Part shown: positions 1 to 9,750 of the stretch, piece after piece
How positions within the stretch are numbered: position 1 is the stretch's first letter
Layout: each line of letters opens with the position of its first letter
Virus record (IMG/VR): IMGVR_UViG_3300033149_000238
Strand: one strand, 5' to 3'
Source: an uncultured virus (IMG/VR IMGVR_UViG_3300033149_000238)
Taxonomy: Duplodnaviria; Heunggongvirae; Uroviricota; Caudoviricetes
Length of the DNA: 64,000 nt
Program-made: the position numbers and the translations under genes
Notes under the pieces: generated by a model
Database searches by the model: none
The model's input: only the letters and a program-made list of their open reading frames with translations
What the model was told of the DNA's origin: nothing

Positions 1-1
1 A

Positions 2-742
2 GGTGGAGAAGAAGGAGAATATCAACTTCCTTTTACACAAGAAGATTGGGAATACTATAGAACTCAGTTTAAACCTCCAGCATACCCGCCTCCTTTTATT
101 TATCCTACACCTGAACCAACAATGCCAGCACAATCAACTTCTGGGATTACTCCTGAATTATTATTTTCTCAAGCATATGTAGAATCAAGGTTAGACCCAT
201 CTATAAAAAACAATCTAGGTTATATGGGATTAGGGCAGATTGGGGAAGATGTTATAGAAGATTATAAAAAAGCTAATAAAGTTTCTGAATTAGATCCATT
301 TAATCCTCAAGATAATTACAATGTTCAGAACTGGTATATGAATAGGATATATAATTCTGAATGGGTTGATAAACCAAATCAATTAGATGACGTAAGATTG
401 GCAAAAACTCTAGCAGGGTATAGCTTAGGGCCTAAGAAAGCTGAAAGGTTTTTTAGAAAGTTTAGAGAAGATGGAAAAGATATTTATAATTCATTTGACT
501 GGATAGATGATTTACCTGATGAGACTAGTAAATATATTAAGATGATATTGAAGGGAGAAAATACTCAAAAAAGACCACGTGTCCAAGAGAATATCCAAGA
601 TGCTTTAACTAATGATAAGTATAAATCAATAAGAGATCTTTACTTTAAACGTTTAGGTGGTGAAAACAAAATACTTAAAACTTATGAAGACTACATTAAC
701 GGAAAGGTTTCTGATGAAAGGAAAAAGTATATGATAAGTTAA
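2..742 (+). CDS. Virion-associated protein with a lytic transglycosylase (SLT-like) domain; 5'-truncated by the window and probably extending to 825 via a frameshift
   Basis: Frame is open from nt 2 (GGEEGEYQLP...). SLT motifs: catalytic 'VES', 'GLGQ', 'LAGYSLGP' (AYNAG-like), 'ETSKYI'. A coding-like -1 frame runs 721-825. Confidence 0.75.
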   Translation, partial: GGEEGEYQLPFTQEDWEYYRTQFKPPAYPPPFIYPTPEPTMPAQSTSGITPELLFSQAYVESRLDPSIKNNLGYMGLGQIGEDVIEDYKKANKVSELDPFNPQDNYNVQNWYMNRIYNSEWVDKPNQLDDVRLAKTLAGYSLGPKKAERFFRKFREDGKDIYNSFDWIDDLPDETSKYIKMILKGENTQKRPRVQENIQDALTNDKYKSIRDLYFKRLGGENKILKTYEDYINGKVSDERKKYMIS

Positions 743-855
743 ATAGAATACATTTAAAAGATGCAAAGGAAAAAGGAATGAGTGTTCCTAATTATATTAT
801 GACTTACCTAGCAGGTAATTCTTAAACCTTAAATATTAGTGAATCTCCTTAATTA

Positions 856-874
856 TTTGTATATTAATAATATA
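856..874 (+). promoter_or_regulatory. Putative phage (late) promoter motif TTTGTATATTAATAATATA
   Basis: Near-identical motif recurs at 29076, 34157 and 34232, always intergenic and upstream of + strand operons. Confidence 0.6.
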
Positions 875-876
875 AT

Positions 877-3501
877 ATGAGCAAAGTGAATTTAAACAAA
901 ATAAGTGTAAAACAGCAAGGTGGTCAAATGATTCCAACAGAGCCAGGCATGAGAAATGAGCCACAGGTTGATCCTGTTGTTATGCAAATGACTGAACAAA
1001 TTCAAATGTCTGTCCAAGGTGGTCAAGATATTATTGATGTTGTTGTTAGTTTGACAGAACAAGGAAATGATCAACAGCTTATAAGTCAGGCACTTATGAT
1101 GGGTGGTATGCAAGAACAAGATATTTTTTCTGTGTTTGAACAAGTACAAGAAAGAATGCAACCTGCACCACCATCTACTGCATCAGAGGTAAATGCTAAT
1201 CCACAACTACTAGCTAGAAATGAAGAGCTTGAAAAAATGCCTACAGATTTTTTAGAAGGTGTTGAGACTGATATTATTGGAAAGTCAGGTATAGAAATCA
1301 AACCAGAGAATAGAGGTAAATTTACAAAGTGGGCTAAGTCAAGAGGTATGGGAGTCCAAGAAGCTGCACGTAAAGTATTAGCTAATAAAGATAAGTATCC
1401 ACCTTCTATAGTAAAGATGGCAAACTTTGCACGTAATGCTGCTAAGTTTAAGAAGGAAGATGGAGGAGAAACTTTTCCAGACCTTACGGGAGATGGTGTA
1501 GTAACACAAGCAGACATATTAAAAGGTAGAGGTGTATTTCAACCGGGTGGTGAAACAGAAAAAACACCTCTGCAAAAGATTGCTCAGACTGGTTTGGACA
1601 TTATAACTCCTCATACATTTTCTTTTGTAAACGAAGATGATAATCTTCTTGTGAAACATTTAAAAAACTCTCAAAATCCTTTGTATATAGCAGATAATGC
1701 CTTACAAGTTTTGGGTATGGCTCCTGCATTAATTAGAGAAAGTATAGAAGGTATATCAGGTATACCCCAGGTGTAGGAGATGAAGGTGGTTTAGGTGATG
1801 GTAAATTTAATTTTAAAGATATAGTTCCAGATCTATATAACACTACAATTTTAGATGAAGATAAGGCACAAACACCAGTTTCAGAAACATTGGGTGTAGA
1901 TAATTTTTGGGCTGGTTTGGGAGTTGATATGATAACAGATCCTACTACATTTATTGGTGGAGGTATTGCAAAAAATCTGATATCAAAATTTGGTAAAAAC
2001 GCAATGCCTAAACTAGCAAAGTTTCGCAATGCCTAAACTAGCAAAGTTTCTAGGTAGTACTGCAGATAATTTAGGGAGACTTATACCAAAAGAAGAAGGT
2101 GGTGAACCAGACAATGAAGGATTCCGTGCATTACCTGATTATGTACAAGATAAGATAATGAAAAGGGAAGAAGGTGGTGATTTAGATTTTTCACAACAAT
2201 TTTTAAAAGACCATCCTACTTATTATGGAGGAGGTTATAATCCAAATTCATATGATCAAAATGCTATAATAGCAGGAATGTTTGGTGGAGCAGGAAGTGC
2301 TATAGGTAATGCAGTAATGACAGGTTTAAATGTCTATGGAGATTTATTTGGTAATCAAATGGATCCAAGAACAGGATTAAAGAGAGGAGTATTCCGTGAT
2401 ACTGCAGCAAAAAGAAATCTTTTTGAAATGAATAAACCACTTTATTATGATTATGAAGTAGAGGTAGATGATTCTGAAGAAAATATTGCAGCATTAGCAG
2501 ATTATTATAAAGCAGCTTATACACAAAAATTAAAAGAAAGAGATGAAGCAGAACTGGATGCAGATATAAGAGAGGCAGAAGCTAGAAGAAAGTTAAAAGG
2601 GAAGCAAATTAATATTAAAGAGATATTAGAAAATGCTGATAAGAATCCATTAGGTTTGAGTGAAGAGGAATATGAAGTAATAACTACCGGTTTTCCATTA
2701 ACATTTAAAGAAGGAGGTTCATTACCAAAGGCACAAAGAGGCATTCCAAGTTTTGAGGATTATCTAAGACAGTTTTCAGGTCAAACAGATTATATGAGAG
2801 ACACGCAAAATATAGCTGATCTACAATTACAACAAAGGTTTCCAGATTTAGGACCTACACCTCAACAACAGGATGATCAAAGTTTTATGGACAGTTTGAT
2901 TACAGGAACACAAGGATCAAATCCTTTTGATATAGATGTTGAAGAGTTAGATGAGGTAGTAGTTAATGCTGGTCCTTCTTTAGAAGAATTATTAGCAAGA
3001 GTAAATTTACCTGAAATGAAAGTTAAAAATCCTATAGGAGGTACTATTGATATGGCTATGGATAGTCCAGCTATGAAACAGTTTGCTGCAATATCTGATG
3101 GAATTGTAAACTTATCTAGTGCAGGGAATGCTATTAGTAATGAGGTTGAAGCATATAAAGCAAAAAGAGATAGAGGTGAAAATCTTTTTGCAGATAATTT
3201 ATTTGCTACATTGACTGATGATGGTAGTTTATTAGGTAATTGGAATGCTATGACAGGACAGTTCCGTGGTGCTAAAAGCAGAATACCTGGTTATGATAAT
3301 TTTTTCCAACAACCTAGTGGAACATTTTCTAGAGAAGGTGGTGAAAAAGGAGAAGCTGCTTACCTTGCCAATAGAGATAGAGTTATAAAAGCAGCAATGG
3401 CTGGACAAGATAAAAAACAAAGAGGTGGTCAAGTTGTAGATCTTGATCAAGATATGATTACACAATTAATAGCAGCTGGTGCTGACATTGAAATATTATA
3501 A
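877..3501 (+). CDS. Modular internal-virion (cargo) protein, about 865 aa if reconstructed; broken here by two indels into ORFs 877-1776 and 2029-3501
   Basis: The two ORFs are in the same frame and are bridged by an open alternative frame 1767-2036 (PGVGDEGG...DPTTFIGGG...NAMPKLAKF). Contains an IEIKPENRGKFT..MANFARNA module, an EF-hand-like PDLTGDGVVTQADIL loop and many xxxGG motifs. Confidence 0.65.
2000..2049 (+). repeat. Perfect 25-bp tandem duplication CGCAATGCCTAAACTAGCAAAGTTT x2
   Basis: Read directly: copies at 2000-2024 and 2025-2049; causes a frameshift. Confidence 0.95.
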
Positions 3502-3503
3502 TT

Positions 3504-6329
3504 ATGGCTAAAGTAAAAATAAATAAATTGCCAGAAGGCTTTGAGTTAGTTGATGGTAAAGTACAGAAAGTTGCTAAGAAAGAGTATGGTGGTACTACTG
3601 GTGATCAAGTAGATTATGGTTTAGTTACAACACCACAAGAATACTATGGTCAAACTAATTTTAATAATAACTTAGACAATGATGTTAGATATAGTTTAAG
3701 CAGAGTACCAAGAGAAGATGCAAATGTAGAAGCAGAAGGAGGAGAGACTGTACTAGCAGATTTAAATAACAACGGACAATTTGGTTTATATGATATTAAT
3801 GGACCAAGACACTCTAGTGGTGGTGTACCTATGTTTTTACCAGAGCAATCTTTTATCTATTCTGACACATCAGCATTAAAGTTTAACAAAGATGAGATGG
3901 CTGAGTTTGGTATTGAGTCAGGTAAAAGAAAGACACCAGCCCAAATATCAAAAAAATATCCTTTAAATCCTTATCTTGGGGCAATCAATGATCAATATGC
4001 GGATGATATATCTACACTAAGTGCAGAACTTATGTTAAAGAAAAACATGAATAGTTTGTCTAAATTAGCTTATGGACAAGAACTTAAAAAGAAATTTGAA
4101 GATGGTGTACCTTTAGCATCATATCCATATTTACAAAGTCAGGGTGTTGATCCTATAGACTTTACTGCAAAGGTAGAAGAGATATCTAAAAAGCAAGCAC
4201 AATTAAATTTATTGGAAAGCCTACCGCCTGAACAACAACAAGCAGTTATAGCTTTACAAAATATGATACAACAAGCTGAACAGACACAACCACCTCAACC
4301 AGATCAATTTATAGAGTACTCTCCGGTTGGTGCTACTAATGCACCACAACCTACTGTTGCTAGTGAACAACAATTAGCTATGGCTAATCAACAAATGCAA
4401 CAAGATATGATGGCTCAAAGAGGTGGTCAGACAGCAAGCAGCTATGCTAAAGAGCAAGGTATAGCATGGCCTAATGATGTTAAAGATCCTATATGGAATG
4501 AAGATACTAAGAAATGGGAGTTTGATGATGGGACACCTCCTTTGACAAAAGCTCAAGCTAGAGGTTTAGCAATAAGATTTAATAGTGGACAACCTGTAGA
4601 TGATATCTATAAGGTTACTGTTGAGGAGGATGTTACTAGTACTGATGATACACCAGCTATAGAAAATAATAATAATAGAAAACGTAAAAATCCATTACCA
4701 AAAGGCCATCCACAATATCAAGAATTTCAAGATGCTATAGATAGAGGGTATGTTATAGATATTATTCCACAGCATGATAAGATTGAAAGAAAGACTACTT
4801 ATAAATTACTTGAAGAAGTACCTAATAAACTAAACTTACCACCAAGAGTAGAGATTTTAGATAGTGAGGTAAAAACAGTACAGGGAGATGAGAGTAAAGC
4901 TATAGATATATTAAAACCAGATGAAAAGGAAATATTAGGCATTGTAGAAGAATACCCTAATGTTTCATTTAGAGCAGGTATTTTAGCTGGTAGAAAAAGA
5001 GATCCAAAACAACCAGTAGCAGGAATTAATAGTGCAGGAGCTGATCTTATGCCTGATGTGTTTAGAGAAGATTTTGAGCTAAGATGGGGAGAAGCATGGA
5101 AAGGTGGAACATTTGAAGGTGCTAATGGTGAGACAGTAACTATACCACCAATAGAAGATTTTGAATGGGGTTTAAAGTTAGATGAAGATCCAAACTCAAG
5201 GTATCATAAGCAATGGTTGCAAGTACAAAAGAACATGCAACTTATTGATGATACCTTTAATGAAAGACATGGATTACCAAAAAGAGAGTTATTCCCAGGG
5301 ACAAGACAAGGAGAAAAGTTTGATGGTGTATTAGGATTACATACATTTAATAGAGATAGAAGATTTTTAAATCAGCCTGGTTCAAATGAGATAACAGCTG
5401 AGGTATTAGATGAAAAGGGTGAAGATCCTAAACTATTTATTCCTTCACTTCCACCACAACCAGAACCATGGTTACAAGATGTATTAGCAATCAATGCACA
5501 AAATCAATTAGATAATCCATTAATTCTACCGGTAAATCCAAAGATACCAAGACAAAAAATAGATTATGTACTAGATGATTATACTGGTAAAGTAAATAAC
5601 ATCAATGCAGCTTTAAATACTAAGTTGCAACAACTTGGTGCTTTTGCTGGTAAGTCAGGTGTAGCTGGTGCAGATATAGGTAAAGCTGTTGAGCTTAGTG
5701 AAAATGCTATTAATACTACGAATACTAATAATGTTGGTATTGTAAACCAAATAGCTCCAATGCAAGCTAGATTAGATATGGAAAATAATCTACAAAATGT
5801 AAAGTTAAGAATGGATCAAGATGAAGGAACTAACTTAGCTTTACAAAGATTTACAGATTTTAAAAACTGGGATACATTAAAGAGTACTGAGCTAATGAAT
5901 AATCTACTTACTAATCAAGCTAACACCTTTAATTTAAATATGGCAAGACCACCACAGTATAGAGTAGATCCTACTCAATCAGGTAAGGGAGTTTTTTCTG
6001 GTATAAATAATCCTTTCATGCAAACTGATCAAACAAGTGCTGCAGAAAGAAGAAGGGATGCAATTATAGAGACATATAATTGGATGAATGAAAATGAGGT
6101 ATATAATAAAGATGGTGTAGTAGATACTAATTTATTAGAATTTATTGTAGGTAGTCAACAAAACAATCAAGAAGACCCTAATGATATGAAAAACCCATAC
6201 CAAACATATCCCGGTGCTCCAAGCGTGATACCTAACAATCCACCTAACAGTACTGTAAAAGGTAAAAGGGGTAATACAGAACTTAAGAAATTTGCATACC
6301 CGTTTTATTCTGGGAAAATGGGAATTTAA
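3504..6329 (+). CDS. Putative internal virion/cargo protein (941 aa)
   Basis: Long ORF in the structural block. Has a 'VEAEGGETV...GPRHSSGGVP...FIYSD' segment recognised from crAss-like structural proteins, a Q/P-rich linker and xxxGG motifs. Confidence 0.6.
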   Translation: MAKVKINKLPEGFELVDGKVQKVAKKEYGGTTGDQVDYGLVTTPQEYYGQTNFNNNLDNDVRYSLSRVPREDANVEAEGGETVLADLNNNGQFGLYDINGPRHSSGGVPMFLPEQSFIYSDTSALKFNKDEMAEFGIESGKRKTPAQISKKYPLNPYLGAINDQYADDISTLSAELMLKKNMNSLSKLAYGQELKKKFEDGVPLASYPYLQSQGVDPIDFTAKVEEISKKQAQLNLLESLPPEQQQAVIALQNMIQQAEQTQPPQPDQFIEYSPVGATNAPQPTVASEQQLAMANQQMQQDMMAQRGGQTASSYAKEQGIAWPNDVKDPIWNEDTKKWEFDDGTPPLTKAQARGLAIRFNSGQPVDDIYKVTVEEDVTSTDDTPAIENNNNRKRKNPLPKGHPQYQEFQDAIDRGYVIDIIPQHDKIERKTTYKLLEEVPNKLNLPPRVEILDSEVKTVQGDESKAIDILKPDEKEILGIVEEYPNVSFRAGILAGRKRDPKQPVAGINSAGADLMPDVFREDFELRWGEAWKGGTFEGANGETVTIPPIEDFEWGLKLDEDPNSRYHKQWLQVQKNMQLIDDTFNERHGLPKRELFPGTRQGEKFDGVLGLHTFNRDRRFLNQPGSNEITAEVLDEKGEDPKLFIPSLPPQPEPWLQDVLAINAQNQLDNPLILPVNPKIPRQKIDYVLDDYTGKVNNINAALNTKLQQLGAFAGKSGVAGADIGKAVELSENAINTTNTNNVGIVNQIAPMQARLDMENNLQNVKLRMDQDEGTNLALQRFTDFKNWDTLKSTELMNNLLTNQANTFNLNMARPPQYRVDPTQSGKGVFSGINNPFMQTDQTSAAERRRDAIIETYNWMNENEVYNKDGVVDTNLLEFIVGSQQNNQEDPNDMKNPYQTYPGAPSVIPNNPPNSTVKGKRGNTELKKFAYPFYSGKMGI

Positions 6330-6353
6330 ATTTAATTATATTAATTTTGAACT

Positions 6354-9300
6354 ATGGCAACATATATAAAAGGACATAAGAATTTTTATCCGGAGATTAA
6401 ACCATTTACTCCAGACTATAAGTTTTTGACAGCAACACTTGATGCACGTCAAAACATTTATGATTCTAACTGGAAAGCACAAAATGATTTATACAATAGA
6501 GTAGTATATTCTGATCTTACTAATCCTAATAGTCAAGAATACCAAAGACAATATACAGAAAAAATAGGACCTCAATTAGAATTAATAGCAGGTATGGATT
6601 TGTCTTTAGAGCAAAATGTACAGCAAGCTAAGTCAGTGTTTGCTCCATTTTTTTCAGATGATACTGTTGTATATGATATGGTGTGGACTGGTAAATTTAA
6701 TGATGCAATTAAAAAATATAACACACTAGCAAGTAGTAGTAATGAGGCAGTAAGACAGAAGGTAGATCCTGATGTAAGTTTACAGAAGCTAGCCATTGAT
6801 AAAAGAAAAATGGAAAATGCATCACGTACAGAAATCTTACAGCAACCTTTACCGGAGTTGGTATTAGATGCAGATTTGGTTAGAAATGCACAAAAGTTCT
6901 TATCTGACTTAGATCCTGCACTTACTATTACTCAACCTGTTCCTAATATGATTGATACAGGAAAGCTAGATAAGAATGGTCAACCTATATTAAAAGCAAA
7001 TAATGATTTTATAATTACACAAACAAATGGTGCACTAGTAGAAGGTGAAGCATATATGCAAATTATGAATTCTTTATACAATGATCCTAGAGTACAAAAA
7101 TATTATAATGCTAAATCATACGTCCAAGCAAATAATTTTGCTATAGAAGCTTTAGAAGCTGGCAAAGTATCAACAGAAAATCAAGGACTAGAACTATGGG
7201 CTAGTGAAACTATTAGTAGAATAGATGCATTAAATGCTGAAATACAAGGTCAAGCAGAATATGAAGCTAGACTTGCAAATCAAATAAATATTAATTGGCA
7301 AAACTATGCACAAACACATGGTATTGTACCTGGTAGTTTAGATGAGGAAGCAGCTAATCAAGCTGAAACACAGGCTCAACAAATACAACTACAGCTTGAT
7401 AGAATTTTTAATCAAAAACAATTTTCTGAAAGTCCAGATCCTGATCCAACTGCATTATATAATAAAGCATCTGCATTATTAGCTAACTATAATATGGATC
7501 AAGATATGCGTGAGGCTGCTAGACAATTTTCTATGAGAGGTATGAAGATTGAACAAGAAGTTAATGAGTACTCCTTGAACAAGTATAAGAGTGATTTAGA
7601 GCTAAGAGCAATATCAGCTAGACATAAGGCTGCAATGAAGGAGCAAGAAGACAAATATAAAAGAGAAAAAGATCTTAAAATATTTGAACAAAATTTACAA
7701 AATAGTATGACAGCTCAAATGTTAGATGGCTCTACATCTACAGATTTTGGTGAGGCTAATAGTTTCTTTGTTGATTCTGAAGGAGAGTTATTGTATAAGA
7801 ATAATCCTCTAAAAATTGATGAATTAAGAATGGCTAAGGATGGTATTGCATTAGATAATGACATGGCAGCTATGGTGCCTGACATGATATTTAATGCAGG
7901 TGATAAATATTTAGTAGATAAAGGAAAAGGTATATATAAGATTCCAGCACCACATGTTGATACAAAAGGACAGAAGCAAGAATACTATGAAGGAACTTTA
8001 CAAGATATAGAAAGTTTCTTAAATACAAAAGTAAAAGATGATGATGATCTAGACACAGATCAATTTAAAAATGAAGAGGCTATTGCTACAATCTTTGGAG
8101 ATGCAGCATCATATTATAAAAATTCTTATAATGCTCATTTAGAAAATCCGGGTATTGCACTTACTAATGATTTCCAAAGTATCTATAATAAACTATTTAC
8201 AGCAGGAAATAAGGAACAAGCAGCTGGAGTTTATGTAAGATATAATGATTATATAAATAACGTCAAGGTAGCTGAAGAAGATAAGGCTAGTAAAGTTAAT
8301 AAGGTTACATCTTCTATAGAAATTAAAAACTCTGAAGCTGTAGCAGCAGGTGCTCCTAATAGTACTGACTATTTAACTAAGGATGAACAAGATATTAGAG
8401 CTTTATATGAAGTAGGCTTTAAACCACCTCTTGATGAGGAAACAGGTTATATGTTAAGTAAAGATGAATACTATAATAATATGCTTACTGCGTTACAGAA
8501 CGGTGATATAGACCCAGCTTCTGCACCAGCATTATATGGTTTCTTAAATAATACTAACTTTATAAATGAGATTAGTGCTAGGAAGTTTGGAGCTGCTATG
8601 ATGCTTTCAAGTAGTCCCGTTCTTATGGGAGATACTGACTATATGAATAAAGCAAGAGAAACAATAGTATCAGAAGAAATAGATGAAGATAAATTAAGGA
8701 CTGTAGTTGATAAAATATATGATCACTACTACAACAAAGTGAATGAATTAACTAGTAAGACCCCATCAAGAACATACTTCAATAACTCAAGAGGTATTAA
8801 TCCATCAGATCCAGGTGCTAATATTGCATTTAATGCTGTTACTAGTGTTAATACAAAGTTATTACCTAAAGCAGGAAGTAATGAAGATAGATTTGTTGGT
8901 GTTATGTTAGGACAAATAAATAATAGTAATGCTGCTGTAGAAGGAGGAGACGGTTGGATTGGGTATACTATTGCAGATGTTGATGATATTACAGATATGC
9001 AACCAGAAGGTATAGACTTTAGAGAAGTTGATAATAGAGCTGCTAAATATATATGGGATCAAATAATAACAGAAAGAAAGTCTAAAGGTAAAAATAGTAA
9101 GGTAACTTTTAATGCATCATTCTTTCCAACATGGGGACCTGAAGTAATAGATAAAGAGGGTGAGAGCACACAGCAACCATATGCAGCATATCAGTTTTCA
9201 AGTTTTGATGATGGTTTTGAAAAAATGATACTTAGAGATAATAAAAATTATCCAGATGGCGTAGAACAATCAGATATAAAAAGGATACTAGGAAACGGTT

Positions 9301-9737
9301 TTACATATATATTCCCAAGAAACCAAACTATAAAATCAAATCCACTAAGATTTCAGAATGTAGATAGATCTGCTTCATTAATACAAAGAATTAATAGATC
9401 TGAAAGTGGTTCATATACATTACCTCCACAGCATCCTTCTCCATGGTTTCCAGAAGGTTACTCAAATGCAGATTTTAAATTTACTAAGGTTGGTAATGAC
9501 TACTATATGGAAGGAGTATTGCGTAGTTATAGAGCTGACCTATCTCAGTTTCCAAATGGATTCTCAGAGGAGATAGTACCAAAGACAAAAATAGTATCAG
9601 ATTTAGATATGCAATTAGATAATGTATTGATTGCGGTTGATCAACAGTATTCAAGAAATTATCAAAGGTATACAGCAGAAAGCCAAAAAGCTAAATCTAA
9701 TAGAGAAGGTCAGCTAAATCAAGTAGAAAACCAATAG
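6354..9737 (+). CDS. Large putative internal virion/ejection protein (1127 aa)
   Basis: Long helical/coiled-coil-rich ORF immediately upstream of the virion RNAP; function inferred from position only. Confidence 0.55.
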   Translation: MATYIKGHKNFYPEIKPFTPDYKFLTATLDARQNIYDSNWKAQNDLYNRVVYSDLTNPNSQEYQRQYTEKIGPQLELIAGMDLSLEQNVQQAKSVFAPFFSDDTVVYDMVWTGKFNDAIKKYNTLASSSNEAVRQKVDPDVSLQKLAIDKRKMENASRTEILQQPLPELVLDADLVRNAQKFLSDLDPALTITQPVPNMIDTGKLDKNGQPILKANNDFIITQTNGALVEGEAYMQIMNSLYNDPRVQKYYNAKSYVQANNFAIEALEAGKVSTENQGLELWASETISRIDALNAEIQGQAEYEARLANQININWQNYAQTHGIVPGSLDEEAANQAETQAQQIQLQLDRIFNQKQFSESPDPDPTALYNKASALLANYNMDQDMREAARQFSMRGMKIEQEVNEYSLNKYKSDLELRAISARHKAAMKEQEDKYKREKDLKIFEQNLQNSMTAQMLDGSTSTDFGEANSFFVDSEGELLYKNNPLKIDELRMAKDGIALDNDMAAMVPDMIFNAGDKYLVDKGKGIYKIPAPHVDTKGQKQEYYEGTLQDIESFLNTKVKDDDDLDTDQFKNEEAIATIFGDAASYYKNSYNAHLENPGIALTNDFQSIYNKLFTAGNKEQAAGVYVRYNDYINNVKVAEEDKASKVNKVTSSIEIKNSEAVAAGAPNSTDYLTKDEQDIRALYEVGFKPPLDEETGYMLSKDEYYNNMLTALQNGDIDPASAPALYGFLNNTNFINEISARKFGAAMMLSSSPVLMGDTDYMNKARETIVSEEIDEDKLRTVVDKIYDHYYNKVNELTSKTPSRTYFNNSRGINPSDPGANIAFNAVTSVNTKLLPKAGSNEDRFVGVMLGQINNSNAAVEGGDGWIGYTIADVDDITDMQPEGIDFREVDNRAAKYIWDQIITERKSKGKNSKVTFNASFFPTWGPEVIDKEGESTQQPYAAYQFSSFDDGFEKMILRDNKNYPDGVEQSDIKRILGNGFTYIFPRNQTIKSNPLRFQNVDRSASLIQRINRSESGSYTLPPQHPSPWFPEGYSNADFKFTKVGNDYYMEGVLRSYRADLSQFPNGFSEEIVPKTKIVSDLDMQLDNVLIAVDQQYSRNYQRYTAESQKAKSNREGQLNQVENQ

Positions 9738-9750
9738 TTAAAACAGCAGT

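Noticed and set aside
6342..6349. TAATTTTG match to the Bacteroidota -7 element
   Set aside because: Only 4 nt from the ATG in a very AT-rich spacer; likely chance.
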